DNA from: Octopus bimaculoides
Lineage: Eukaryota
Direction of reading: 5' to 3'
Length of the DNA: 64,000 nt
Assembly (NCBI RefSeq): GCF_001194135.2
Contig: NC_069000.1
Span: 10,695,583 to 10,759,582, forward strand
Numbering within the stretch: the first letter of the stretch is position 1; each line of letters begins with the position of its first letter. Position numbers and translations under genes: made by a program. Positions 13,036 through 26,083 of the stretch are shown here, piece after piece. Below the pieces are notes generated by a model. It had not been told where the DNA came from. It made no database searches and was given only the letters and a program-made list of their open reading frames with translations.

Positions 13036-13454
13036 GAGCTCAAGTTCTGTTGAGGTTGATTTTGCCCTTTGTCCTTTCAGGGTCAATAAAATAAGTACCA
13101 GTTGAGTACTGGGGTCGAGGTAATTGACAGCCCCCCCCCCCCCACACACACNNNNNNNNNNNNNNNNNNACACACACACACTTCCTCAAAATTTCAGTCC
13201 TTGTGCCTATTAGTAGAAAGGAATATTTAACACTCCTTTACAGAAGCAGAAGATTTACGAGCAGAAGAATACAACAAAAATGATTAAGTAATTGCCTGGA
13301 AATAAGGCGTGCTTATTCATAAACGGCCATGAAATCATACAAATTGGTCGTATAAAGTTTTTAGATCAAGCAACCAAAACATGTCTTGAGTGGAAACAAC
13401 ATACAAATATAATATCTAATATATCAAAAGCAACTGCAACCATAAGATTAAAAA

Positions 13455-15010
13455 TGTCTTCATCATTCTGACTTAAAGAAAATCTCCTATACGTTAATTA
13501 ATCTCTTGTGCTAATAAAAATGACATTCATTTAAATGATATTCATTTCAAAGGTATCTATTTAAATGACATCTGTTGTTCAAATCGTAGCAAACGTACAG
13601 ATTTATGATAAAAGAATTCATATACATGCAATTTTTAACAGATCAAAGAATACATATACATGCAATTTTTAACCAACTTGGATTATTGTCAATTTTGTAT
13701 GTAAACTGTATAAGTATAAATCTGTTTATGATTAATAGTAAAATACAATAAAGAATTTTTTTTTAAATATACTGTTGCCAAATTTTGGCAATTCATTGAA
13801 TGTTGTATATATAACGATAGTGGGAAAAGGGTAAACTATTTCAATGATTAAAAGCGAAAGATAAACAAAGAATCACATAATTAATTGGCAAAAATCATCA
13901 TGAGAGTTTAAAAAAAAAGATACAGAGAGAATTAGTGTAAAAAACTGAAGTCAATAGGGGAAAATAAAATTGAAACTGAAAAATAGTGATAAGGAGACGG
14001 TAAAGATGATAAAAGTTACACAGACGTATAGGCGTAGGAGTGGTTCCGGGTTCAGTCCCATTGCATGGCATCTTGAGCAAGTGTCTTCTACTATAGCCTC
14101 GGGCCGACCAAAGCCTTGTGAGTGGATTTGGTAGACAGAAACTGAAAGAAGCCCGTCGTATATATATATNNNNNNNNNNNNNNNNNNNNNNNNNTATGTT
14201 TGTCCCTCCAACATCGCTTGACAACCAATGTTGGTGTGTTTACGTCCCCGTAACTTAGCGGTTTGGCAAAAAGAGATCGATAGAATAAGTACTAGGCTTC
14301 CAAAGAATAAGTCCTGGGGTCGATTTGCTCGACTAAAGGCAGTGCTCCAGCATGGCCACGGTCAAATGACTGAAACAAGTAAAAGAGTAAAAGAGAGAGA
14401 GACGATGGATGTCTAATACATGACATATGTTTACATAAACACATTTTTACATACATGCAATCTTCTGTCCATGGCATACACATTTTTACACACATGCACA
14501 TTCACTTACACACATTTCTATAGAGGCATAACAACAGTTTAAGGAGAAGGATAAATTTGCCAAGCATTTGATGGGGGGGGGGTAAAGAAGCAGTAGTTGA
14601 TATGCTGTAGGAGCTGAGCAGAAACATTTACAAATAGTATCTCATGTATGAAAAAACAAGCGTAACAAGATTAAACATGTCTTAATCATTGTAGCTTAAA
14701 GAAAATAAACTATGTATTAATTAATCTCTTATGTTAATAAAAATGACATTCATTTAAATGATATTCATTTCAAAGGTATCTATTTAAATGACATCTGTTG
14801 TTCAAATCATAGCAAACGTACAGATTTATGATAAAAGCACAAATCAAAGAAGTCATACGCATGCAATTTTTAATCAGCTTGGAATATTGTCAGTTAATAT
14901 GTAAACTGTATAAGCATAAGTCTGTATTTAAAAGCACCTCCACCTTGGTCAGAGAAATGTACATAGTTGCCAAATTTTGGTTTTGTAGTCCATTGAACTT
15001 TGTACATAAT
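13455..15010. repeat. Local direct duplication (about 13455-13810 vs 14678-15010)
   Basis: A 103-nt core (13512-13614 vs 14735-14837) differs at one base; the flanks are alignable but clearly more diverged. Confidence 0.9.
14030..14392 (+). mobile_element. Composite SINE A-(TA)n-B
   Basis: Family A, microsatellite/gap, then family B (tttgtccctccaacatcgcttgacaacc...cgactaaaggcagtgctccagcatggccacggtcaaatgactgaaacaagtaaaaga). Confidence 0.9.
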
Positions 15011-15244
15011 AAGAATGGTAGACAAAGGAAAAGATACAGCACCGATTGAAGATCAGGTATCTCCACAAGGTAGGTGTGAGGTGAGTAGAAGTGTGATGGG
15101 ACAATGGAACTAGGTGTGTGAGTGGGTGTGGCTCGAAACATAAAAGACTTTCTCACCTTCCTGAACATCAAACTAATACACCTGTTTGTTGTTTATACAC
15201 CTGTCTTTGTCTTTTGTTTTTCTGTAAATTTCAACTATATATAT

Positions 15245-15452
15245 ATCATCATCATCATCGTTTAACGTCCGCTTTCCATGCTAGCATGGGTTGGACGATT
15301 TGACTGAGGACTGGTGAAACTGGATGGCAACACCAGGCTCCAATCTAAATTTGGCAGAGTTTCTACAGCTGGATGCCCTTCCTAACGCCAACCACTCAGA
15401 GAGTGTAGTAGGTGCTTTTACGTGTCACCTGCACGAAGGCCAGTCAGGCGGG
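15245..15452 (-). mobile_element. SINE family D, young copy
   Basis: About 94% identical by manual alignment to the reverse complement of 18405-18610. Confidence 0.9.
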
Positions 15453-16052
15453 CATATATATATATAATATGCATGTGTGTGTGTTTGTGTTTTTGTGTCT
15501 GTATTTGTCACCCACCAGTACCTCTACCTGACAACAGGTGTTGGTTTGTTCACATCCCCCTATAACATAATCATTCAGCAAAAGAGGTCAACTGAATAAG
15601 TACCAAACTTTTCAAACAAAAGAAAAAAATAAACTCATAATTACCGAAATCAATTCGTTCAAATAAAACCCTTCAAAATGATGCTCCAGCATGACCGTGA
15701 TCCAGTAACTGTAACAACAAAAGAAATATGATGAAAGCCAGTAAAAACTGCACTGAGCCACTCCACTACCTGTGAGGCTTGCTTTAGCTAACAGCCATTA
15801 ATTGGTATTCAAAGCTCTGTCGATGGTATTTCATTTTGTGTTATAATGATTGAAGTCGTTAAGAAAATTTAATCACAAAAGTGCTTGTTCCAGATGTTTC
15901 TAGTCAGGAAAAATTATTAAATTATTCCTGTTTAACCCTGAGTATGAATGGAAGGAGACATTACTTAAATTCTTTTTGTGAATTATAGTAAATTTGGTGA
16001 TGTGTATATGTAGCCGGAAACGAAGTGCCTTACACCTGAAATGTATATGTGA

Positions 16053-16083
<31 letters not shown>

Positions 16084-16220
16084 NNNNNNNNNNNNNNNNN
16101 NNNNNNNNNNNNNNNNNNNNNNNNNNNNNNNNNNNNNNNNNNNNNNNNNNNNNNNNNNNNNNNNNNNNNNNNNNNNNNNNNNNNNNNNNNNNNNNNNNNN
16201 NNNNNNNNNNNNNATATACA

Positions 16221-16256
<36 letters not shown>

Positions 16257-16969
16257 CATATATATACATACATACATACATATATATATGTACACATACA
16301 TATATATACATATATAGACTTACATACATGCCTACATATATCTATGTATATATTTATGTAAATATGTATCTATGTATATATATCTTTATGTACATATGTA
16401 TATGTATATATAAACACACACACACACACACACACATGTGCATATGTATATATATCGTCTGTGTGATAAAATTATTACAGGATTTCCTAAAGATATTACA
16501 ACATAATAACACCCTAATACTATCAGCATTGAACTGAGATTAAAATCTCTTTCTTGGTGTTAAAGATCAATGATATTGCTGGCAATGAAACCAATATGAT
16601 ATTAAATAGCTACTTGTCTATTGTCTTCTATATTAGCTCTTCCTCCATGTCTGTCTGTCTGAGTGCATCTCTCTCCACTCACTCTCTCTCTCTGCCCCCC
16701 CTCTCTCTCTCCCTCTCTCTTACTCTCTCTGCAGCTACCTAACTTACAGTGTATCACCTTATCTATCTNNNNNNNNNNNNNNNNNNNNNNNNNNNNNNNN
16801 NNNNNNNNNNNNNNNNNNNNNNNNNNNNNNNNNNNNNNNNNNNNNNNNNNNNNNNNNNNNNNNNNNNNAGGAATATACGGACTTCTCTCTTTGTGAGTCC
16901 TGTTGGTATTCGGTGGATCATGCGTACATAGATTTAAGCATGTATGTGTGTGTGTGTATGTGCGCACGC

Positions 16970-17006
<37 letters not shown>

Positions 17007-17716
17007 TATCCTTGCACCTCACCAGCATGAATAGCAGACATGAAATGATGATGATAAGGACAATGGTGGTGGTGGTGGTGGTGGTGGTTGGGCCGGCAGC
17101 GGTGGTGCCAGGAATGGCAGTGGCAAACGAAACAGCAACTGCGGCAGCGTTGCTGATAGTGTTAACAGTAGTGGTGTCAGTGATGGTGGTGGTGGTAGCA
17201 GTGGTGATGATAATTAGGATGTTGATGAAAGTTGTCTCCCCTCGTCTTTCTTGACCAGAATTAAGCATTAATATAATGGGGGGTTGGTTTTTCTGTTTTT
17301 TTTTTTCTCATCACTACCGATATAGGTTTAACTGAATATTAAACACACTAGTAAACAGCATAACTATTCGTTTTTTCATACGGATGGCCTCTGAGTAATT
17401 TTCGCCTGGCCATAATGTGATGCTCATGAGTTAAAATATAGGACTAAACCTTTTATATTGACAATTTACCAGAGTGACAAGTGTTCTGAATAAAGATTTT
17501 ATCATATCTGGCTTTGGTTTTTTTTTCTTCTCTCCCTAACTCATATTAGGTTTCCCTTCCTTATCTAGAATTGTTATTGTTGATCAAGTACACACATAAT
17601 CAATAGAACTCCAGCTGTGACTATTTTTTTTTCTCAGTCATTGTACATCTAGGACTATATTATACAGTGTGTCGTTTTTTTTTTTTTGTTCAAGGCAGCT
17701 TATTGTGATTTAACAG

Positions 17717-17793
17717 AGAGCTGGTTGCTGCTTTTAATAGGGCAAATGATCATGAGATAGTTGATACCGCTCACTGGAAACAGTTTTGTCGAG
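17717..17793 (+). CDS. Candidate internal exon (ELVAAFNRANDHEIVDTAHWKQFCR)
   Basis: tttaacag acceptor, G|gtactc donor, open 25-codon frame, higher GC than the flanks. No homologue recognised. Confidence 0.3.
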
Positions 17794-18274
17794 GTACTCT
17801 GTGTTTAATCTAAATTACAATTTAAAGAATGCCCGAGGGAAATTACCAGATGGTATTTCAAGAATATAGTACAAGCAAATCCAAATACTTAGTTTTTTTG
17901 GCAATGTGACAGTACTACAACCACAACAACAACAACAGGATGACAATTAAATAATGATAAATAATAATTATTATTATATGTGGGCTTTTTGGTGCATCCC
18001 AATCAATCATTAGTATTCTAGACGGGTAGTACTTAATCTAGGTAACAGTACTTCAAGGAAGAATAGTTATTGCTTAACCGTTTCAATACCGACCTACCTG
18101 AGCCTGTCTCTTACTTCTATAATATAAAACCTCCTGTTTATAAAGCATTCGTACTTGGATTAAAAATGTAGCATCATAATTTAAATTAAGAACTGTGAAT
18201 AATTATGCTCCAAATATTAATCCAAAACTGCATTGCAATAGTTTATTACTTAATTAAATCACTGCAAATTCTTT

Positions 18275-18620
18275 ATTCTTCCTGGCACTTGTGCCAGTGG
18301 CACGTGAAAAGACATTCGAGCAAGTTCGTTGCCAGTATCGCTGGACTGGCCCTTGTGCAGGTGGCACGTAAATTATACCATTTCGAGCGTGGCCGTTGCC
18401 AGTACCTCCTGACTGGCCTTCGTGCCGGTGGCACGTAAAAGCACCCACTACACTCTCGGAGTGGTTGGCGCTAGGAAGGGCATCCAGCTGTAGAAACTCT
18501 GCCAAATCAGATTGGAGCCTGGTGTAGCCATCTGGTTTCACCAGTCCTCAGTCAAATCGTCCAACCCATGCTAGCATGGAAAGCGGACGTTAAACGACGA
18601 TGATGATGATGATGATGATG
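18275..18620 (+). mobile_element. SINE family D, long young copy with (GAT)n tail
   Basis: Ends ggaaagcggacgttaaacgacgatgatgat; CpGs retained. Confidence 0.9.
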
Positions 18621-18764
18621 ATTGAAAACATAAAGAAAGTGTATTTCATTGAAAATATGGTTGTGCAAGTTTTCCGACTGAGTTTTATGGGTGTAGGTAA
18701 TTCTAAGTATGTGTTGGTTTGCTGTAAGAAATGTCTTACATTGTTAACTGAGTAGGCACATGGC

Positions 18765-19080
18765 TTAGTGGTGAGAATATTTGGCTCGTGATCATAAAGT
18801 CATGAGTTCAATTCTCGGTGATGCATTCTGTCCTTGAGCAAGATACTTTATTATTATTTAACGTTGCTTCAGTCAACTCAGCTGGCAAAAATGAGTTGTA
18901 CCTGTAGTTCAAAGGGACCAGCCTTGTCACACTCTATGTCACACTGAATCTCCCAGAGAACTACGTCAAGTGTACGTGTGTCTGTGGAGTACTCAGCCAC
19001 TTGCACGTTAATTTCACAAGCTAGTTGCTTTGTTGAGTGGATTAACTGGAATATTCATTGTCATAACTGACAGAGTGCCA
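18765..19080 (+). mobile_element. SINE family E, near full length
   Basis: A-box tggcttagtgg, B-box gagttcaattc; core and tail (...gacagagtgcca) shared with 50581-50950. Confidence 0.85.
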
Positions 19081-19110
19081 GCATATATTATTAACTTTAA
19101 TAAAAGGAAC

Positions 19111-19226
19111 AGGAGTGGCTGTATGGTAAGTAGCTTGCTTACCAACCACATGGTTCCGGGTTCAATCCTACTGCCTGGCACCTTGGGCAAGTGTCTTCTA
19201 CTATAGCCTCGGGCCGACCAAAGCCG
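19111..19226 (+). mobile_element. SINE family A, 3'-truncated
   Basis: Family A text through gggccgaccaaagcc. Confidence 0.85.
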
Positions 19227-19269
19227 TCAGCTCTTCTTCTATGCCAGAGTTGGTCTGCTTAGTCATCAC

Positions 19270-19435
19270 CATAAAGGAAGTGTTCAGCAAAGAAGAAACT
19301 AAATTCTTGGATATGAGATGAAACTGCTGTTATGTTGTAAATAGATGTAGACATCTTGTCTTTGAATACAATATCTAAGTCCAAAGATGAAGAGAGGGAT
19401 CCTATGTTATGATTTCATCAGATCTTTTTAACTGC
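19270..19435 (+). mobile_element. Possible highly degraded RTE RT fragment
   Basis: Frameshifted remnants ...DETAVM..ID.DI... and ...ISSDLFN resemble RTE EQTAA.R.DG...SPDLFN; many stops. Confidence 0.3.
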
Positions 19436-20749
19436 TTGCACAGACACTGCTAATAAACCCATTATTACTCATGGCTTATATATAAATTGGATGGACTAAT
19501 TTGCATATATGTATAATACACTCTGAGTAGCTAGCTCAATTACCATATTTGATGGCATGTAAAACATGTATTCTTTTCTGTACATACCAGTTGCCAGGAA
19601 TATGTTTAATATGTAAATTTGTCTATCCAATAGTTTAACACCACTAAACTTGGTGGATATTTAAGCAGTGTATTCATGGATACTTAACGGGTTTGATGTG
19701 GAGCCGATGAAAGAGCAATAATTCCTGAAATATGCATATACACCCATTACCTCTTTTATTTTTCTGCCTTCAATTGCATTGTTTACATATATGTATTCAT
19801 AAATGAAATATAGAAACTTTCAGTACTGGCTCTAAATTCTATAGAAAACCTGTAAAGATTAACTTCAAAATTTTGTGTTTTATGGTTTAATCTAAAGGTG
19901 GGGATGGAACATATGGCTTAAAGGTTATTTGTAGCTTTCAAGAAAAAGTCTGGATTTTGCATAAAATGAATACGTTTTTACTGATTATGTAATGCCGTAT
20001 TTATTATTCTAATGATTTTCAAATTCTTAAAAACAAAATCCAATTAAAAATGTCAATTTGCATTTTTATTTCTTATTGTAATATTTTCACAATAAATGTA
20101 ATTACATTTGTTTTTCTTGAATATTCAATAGAATTTTCTTTCATGCAGTCTTATTAGATTGCACTTAATTCATCATTGTCATCATCATCGTTGTCGTCAT
20201 CATCATCATCATCATCATCTTCGTCATCATTACTACCAGCAATATCAGCACCACTATCACCGCCAACACCACCACCATCACCAACACCACCACCATCACC
20301 AACACCACCACCACCACCATCACCACCACCAACACCACCACCAGTACCATTACTACTGCCATTGTCATCACTATCATTATCATTGTCATCATTCAGTGTC
20401 AGACTGAATCTCTCTGAGAACTATGTTATGGGTACATGTGTCCGTGGAGTACTCAGCCACTTGCACATTAATTTCATGAGTAGGCTGTTCTGTTGATCAG
20501 ATCAATTGGAGTGCTCATCATTATAATCAATGGAGATCCAGTTAATAAAGACAGTTACTTTATGAAATTTTTCATTATTTTCAAAATTAATTAAAACAAA
20601 AGCAGTGTCTTTCATTAGAAATAGTGTAATAATCATTATCATCATCAATGTTCATTTGCCAAAGCACTAATTTACGGGGGATGTAAACACACCAACAGCG
20701 GCTGCCAAGCAGTGGTGGGGGACAAAAATGGGCATAAAGACACACACAC

Positions 20750-20905
20750 AGGCGTGGCTGTGTGGTAAGAAGTTTGCTTCCCAACAAACATGGTTCTGGG
20801 TTCAGTCTCACTGCATGGAACATTGGGCAAGTGTCTTCTACTATAGCCTTGAGCTGACCAAAGCCTTACGAGTGGATTTGGTAGGAGGAAACTGAAAGAA
20901 GCTCA
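20750..20905 (+). mobile_element. SINE family A
   Basis: Family A text followed by a microsatellite and a gap. Confidence 0.85.
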
Positions 20906-22061
20906 TTGTGTGTATATATACAAATANNNNNNNNNNNNNNNNNNNNNNNNNNNNNNNNNNNNNNNNNNNNNNNNNNNNNNNNNNNNNNNNNNNNNNNNNN
21001 NNNNNNNNNNNNNNNNNNNNNNNNNNNNNNNNNNNNNNNNNNNNNNNNNNNNNNNNNNNNNNNNNNNNNNNNNNNNNNNNNNNNNNNNNNNNNNNNNNNN
21101 NNNNNNNNNNNNNNNNNNNNNNNNNNNNNNNNNNNNNNNNNNNNNNNNNNNNNNNNNNNNNNNNNNNNNNNNNNNNNNNNNNNNNNNNNNNNNNNNNNNN
21201 NNNNNNNNNNNNNNNNNNNNNNNNNNNNNNNNNNNNNNNNNNNNNNNNNNNNNNNNNNNNNNNNNNNNNNNNNNNNNNNNNNNNNNNNNNNNNNNNNNNN
21301 NNNNNNNNNNNNNNNNNNNNNNNNNNNNNNNNNNNNNNNNNNNNNNNNNNNNNNNNNNNNNNNNNNNNNNNNNNNNNNNNNNNNNNNNNNNNNNNNNNNN
21401 NNNNNNNNNNNNNNNNNNNNNNNNNNNNNNNNNNNNNNNNNNNNNNNNNNNNNNNNNNNNNNNNNNNNNNNNNNNNNNNNNNNNNNNNNNNNNNNNNNNN
21501 NNNNNNNNNNNNNNNNNNNNNNNNNNNNNNNNNNNNNNNNNNNNNNNNNNNNNNNNNNNNNNNNNNNNNNNNNNNNNNNNNNNNNNNNNNNNNNNNNNNN
21601 NNNNNNNNNNNNNNNNNNNNNNNNNNNNNNNNNNNNNNNNNNNNNNNNNNNNNNNNNNNNNNNNNNNNNNNNNNNNNNNNNNNNNNNNNNNNNNNNNNNN
21701 NNNNNNNNNNNNNNNNNNNNNNNNNNNNNNNNNNNNNNNNNNNNNNNNNNNNNNNNNNNNNNNNNNNNNNNNNNNNNNNNNNNNNNNNNNNNNNNNNNNN
21801 NNNNNNNNNNNNNNNNNNNNNNNGTCGATTACATCGAACTCAGTGTTTCAGTCGTACTTATTTTATCAAATCCAAAAAAGATGAATGGCAAAGTTGACCT
21901 CGGTGGAATTTGAACTCAGGACATAAGAACGGACAAAGTGCAGTTAAGCATTTTATCTGGCATGAGACCAATCCTGCCACCTTGCCACTTTACCACTACT
22001 ACTACTAATAATAATGATGATGATGATGATGATGATGATGATAAAAACAATAATAATAATG

Positions 22062-22290
22062 AAGATGGCAAAATAAACAACTATGATGACTTGAAGTAGG
22101 AAATATGAAGGTTGTGGTCAATGAAGTTAGTAGCTGTGATACCAATAGTAATTGGTGCATTTGGAAGTATCAGCACTCGACTACCGGCATGGCTGAAAAA
22201 GATTGGACCAAGTGTGAAGGTAGAAACACCTACAAAAATCAGCATTGCTTGGCACTGTAAGAATTCTTCACAGGATTCTTGAAGTGAGTT
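22062..22290 (+). mobile_element. R4/Dong-type non-LTR retrotransposon C-terminal fragment (older subfamily)
   Basis: KINNYDDLK*EI*RLWSMKLVAVIPIVIGAFGSI...(frameshift)LQKSALLGTVRILHRILE matches the RLE-clade C-terminus KY.DL..EI..LW....V.PIVIGALG...QK.ALLGT..ILR. Confidence 0.85.
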
Positions 22291-22977
22291 TTTCATCACA
22301 TAATAATTCTAATTCTTTCTACTATAGGCACAAGGCCTGAAATTGGGGTGGGTGGGGAGGGAAATAGTCGATTACATCAACTCTAGTACTTGACCGGTAC
22401 TTGCTTTATCGACCCTGAAAAGNNNNNNNNNNNNNNNNNNNNNNNNNNNNNNNNNNNNNNNNNNNNNNNNNNNNNNNNNNNNNNNNNNNNNNNNNNNNNN
22501 NNNNNNNNNNNNNNNNNNNNNNNNNNNNNNNNNNNNNNNNNNNNNNNNNNNNNNNNNNNNNNNNNNNNNNNNNNNNNNNNNNNNNNNNNNNNNNNNNNNN
22601 NNNNNNNNNNNNNNNNNNNNNNNNNNNNNNNNNNNNNNNNNNNNNNNNNNNNNNNNNNNNNNNNNNNNNNNNNNNNNNNNNNNNNNNNNNNNNNNNNNNN
22701 NNNNNNNNNNNNNNNNNNNNNNNNNNNNNNNNNNNNNNNNNNNNNNNNNNNNNNNNNNNNNNNNNNNNNNNNNNNNNNNNNNNNNNNNNNNNNNNNNNNN
22801 NNNNNNNNNNNNNNNNNNNNNNNNNNNNNNNNNNNNNNNNNNNNNNNNNNNNNNNNNNNNNNNNNNNNNNNNNNNNNNNNNNNNNNNNNNNNNNNNNNNN
22901 NNNNNNNNNNNNNNNNNNNNNNNNNNNNNNNNNNNNNNNNNNNNNNNNNNNNNNNNNNNNNNNNNNNNNNNNNNNNA

Positions 22978-23261
22978 ACAGAAACAATTCCTATCATAGT
23001 AGGTGCCTTAGGTATAATAAAAAAGATATTCAGACAAATACATAACAAAAACACCAGGACTTACAAATATATATAACATACAGAAAATTGCACTACTGGG
23101 TACTGCACACATTCTACGCAAAACACTTTCAATACAGTAACCATAAGAGCACCACAGCAAACCACAGCACATACCCAAGGCGCACAGAGCTGCACTCGGT
23201 AGTGAAGTGAAAGCACGTTATAAAAATAAAACTACTGAACAATAATAATAATAATAATAAT
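22978..23261 (+). mobile_element. R4/Dong-type element 3' end with 3'UTR and (AAT)n tail
   Basis: TETIPIIVGALGIIKK...(frameshift)IQKIALLGTAHILRKTLSIQ*, then about 100 nt of UTR and (AAT)7; the 5' part lies in the gap. Confidence 0.9.
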
Positions 23262-23516
23262 CAATGCCTACCTACAAGGAACTACCAGGCCAACATATTA
23301 AAGAATGGCAGCTCCCCAATATGTCATGTTGTCTCCATGGGCAGTTTTCTTGTGCCTACAGAGTATCTCAACAGGCATGATAGAGCTGCTCAGTATATTC
23401 ACTGGGTAATTTGCAAAAACCTGGACTTGCCCCATGATAAAAACTGGTAGGAACACAAACCATCTCCAGTGCTTGAAAATGATCACATCTCACTCCTCTG
23501 GAACTTCATTATTCAA
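23262..23516 (+). mobile_element. R4/Dong-type fragment, zinc-knuckle/RHD region
   Basis: QCLPTRNYQANILKNGSSPICHVVSMGSFLVPTEYLNRHDRAAQYIHWVICKNLDLPHDKNW*EHKPSPVLENDHISLLWNFIIQ has the diagnostic EY..RHD...YIHW and W.EHKP...EN....LW motifs, with a deletion in the CCHC. Confidence 0.9.
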
Positions 23517-23559
23517 AAGATTTTCATCTTGCAGGTTACTTGGTGACCCTGTCAGCGCA

Positions 23560-23840
23560 GGTGCCACTTTAAAAGCATCCAGTCCACACGGTAAAGTGGT
23601 TGGTCTTTGGATGGGCATCCAGCTGTAAAAACTATGCCAAACTGAACCTGCCTGTGCTTGTGCCATGTAAAAAGCACTAAGTCCATTCTGCTGGGTGGTT
23701 GGTGTTAGGAAGGGCATCCAGCTGTAAAAATCTTGCCAAAACAGTCACAGAAGTCTGGTGCAGGCTTCTGAATGGCTGGCCCCTGTCAAACTGTCTCACT
23801 CATGCCAGCATGGAAGGTGGATGTTAAACAATGATGATGG
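23560..23840 (+). mobile_element. SINE family D, older copy
   Basis: gggcatccagctgtaaaa...ccagcatggaaggtggatgttaaacaatgatgat. Confidence 0.75.
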
Positions 23841-23902
23841 ATGATATGTGTGTGTGTGTGTGGGTTTGGTAGATGGAAACTGAAAGAAACCCGTTGTATA
23901 TA

Positions 23903-23951
<49 letters not shown>

Positions 23952-25084
23952 NNNNNNNNNNNNNNNNNNNNNNNNNNNNNNNNNNNNNNNNNNNNNNNNN
24001 NNNNNNNNNNNNNNNNNNNNNNNNNNNNNNNNNNNNNNNNNNNNNNNNNNNNNNNNNNNNNNNNNNNNNNNNNNNNNNNNNNNNNNNNNNNNNNNNNNNN
24101 NNNNNNNNNNNNNNNNNNNNNNNNNNNNNNNNNNNNNNNNNNNNNNNNNNNNNNNNNNNNNNNNNNNNNNNNNNNNNNNNNNNNNNNNNNNNNNNNNNNN
24201 NNNNNNNNNNNNNNNNNNNNNNNNNNNNNNNNNNNNNNNNNNNNNNNNNNNNNNNNNNNNNNNNNNNNNNNNNNNNNNNNNNNNNNNNNNNNNNNNNNNN
24301 NNNNNNNNNNNNNNNNNNNNNNNNNNNNNNNNNNNNNNNNNNNNNNNNNNNNNNNNNNNNNNNNNNNNNNNNNNNNNNNNNNNNNNNNNNNNNNNNNNNN
24401 NNNNNNNNNNNNNNNNNNNNNNNNNNNNNNNNNNNNNNNNNNNNNNNNNNNNNNNNNNNNNNNNNNNNNNNNNNNNNNNNNNNNNNNNNNNNNNNNNNNN
24501 NNNNNNNNNNNNNNNNNNNNNNNNNNNNNNNNNNNNNNNNNNNNNNNNNNNNNNNNNNNNNNNNNNNNNNNNNNNNNNNNNNNNNNNNNNNNNNNNNNNN
24601 NNNNNNNNNNNNNNNNNNNNNNNNNNNNNNNNNNNNNNNNNNNNNNNNNNNNNNNNNNNNNNNNNNNNNNNNNNNNNNNNNNNNNNGTGGTTGTGGTGGT
24701 TGTAGTAGTAGTAGTAGAGATAGTGGTGGTGGTTGTGGTGGTTGTAGTAGTAGTAGTAGTAGTAGTAACATGACACCAACATCTTACGCAACTCGCATTC
24801 TACGCAAATGGTCCATCCATCACCACCACCACCACCACCACCACCACCAATAAAATAACGCAACCAACACCCCTACTCCCTCCCCACCACACACACACAC
24901 ACACACAGCACATGCTCTGCACAATTACCATCCAACACTTAAAAATACATAACACAAATTAGACATCACACATGAGTACAATTACAGCTACCCTACAAAA
25001 TAATTGGTTTTAATTTATGCATAAGGAAGGCCTGCAATTTTGAGGGGAGGGTGTTAGTGAATGTCATCAACTCCAGTACATGAC

Positions 25085-25274
25085 TAGTATCCACTTTCAT
25101 CAGTTATCTTCTGTTTCTCATTTGTGTCAGTCATTAGACTGTGGCCATGCTGGTGCACTGCCATGAAGAAATATAGTCCAACGAATTGACCCAAGAACTT
25201 GCTCTTTTTAAAGTTGGTACTTGTTCCATCAGTCTCTTTTGCTGAATTGCTAAGCTGTGAGGATGTTGACACAC

Positions 25275-25309
<35 letters not shown>

Positions 25310-25432
25310 ACAGACTTCTTTCAGTTTCCATCTACTAAATCCACTCACACAGTTTTGCTCAGCCCAGGGCTATAGTAGAAGACGTGCCCATGTTACCGTG
25401 CAGTGGTACTGAACCAGAACCATGTGATTGGT
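25085..25432 (-). mobile_element. Composite SINE A-(CA)n-B
   Basis: Reverse complement of the A and B texts separated by (CA)n. Confidence 0.8.
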
Positions 25433-26083
25433 ACTTTATTTTATCAACACTAGTGGGATAGAAGAAAAAGTTGACCTGAGCAGGACTTGAACTCAGATAT
25501 AAAGTGCTGGAAAAAATACTGCAAAGCAGTTTTTCTGAATCTCTAATGATTTTTCCAGCCACTAGTCTCATTTATGCCATTTGTAAATGAATCAAAGAGA
25601 TGCAACTTATATGTAACCAAAAGGGTGCACATTCTTATTAGATCCAAAAATTTCACCACATAACTTAATTCCAGACGTGAAATTTTCAGAAAATGCAAGT
25701 ACATGGACAAATTTCTTCAGTCAAAGTGGTGGACACCAGCCTCTCTAGATTGAGCTGCTGTCTTGCAGACTTTTGGACTCTTCACCATTGAATTATTCTA
25801 CACCAGCTAGATTATGACTGATATGATCAAAGGTGATGTAACTCTCAATTTCTTACTCTTTATTTCTCTGTTTTTATTCACTCTTTGCCTTCTCATTCCA
25901 CATTTGACATCAACTTTCTTTTTGTATTTTCTCATGGATCTTCATGTACCAGCATCCTGGTTTTCAGATAAAACTAACCATGTGACCTGAACCTGAAGAT
26001 GGCTTGGTGACACCAGGAATACGTAGCATTGGTAAAGCATTGGCATAACCATGATGTTCAAGTTAGCTGGTGTGCTAACTTAC

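Noticed and set aside
17030-17260. Gly/Ser-rich or Val/Thr-rich ORFs
   Set aside because: Decayed trinucleotide repeat; an in-frame stop precedes the Gly-rich frame.
25590-25790. Possible Tc1 transposase WPP.SPDLNP region (KWWTPASLD)
   Set aside because: Similarity is too weak, with no TIRs or other motifs.
25940-26033. Plus-strand frame IKLTM-TGA-PEPEDGLVTPGIRSI as a selenocysteine exon
   Set aside because: No selenoprotein similarity or SECIS was recognised. The CCTGAAGATGGC...GAATACGT text is better explained as a decayed Penelope-like terminal motif.
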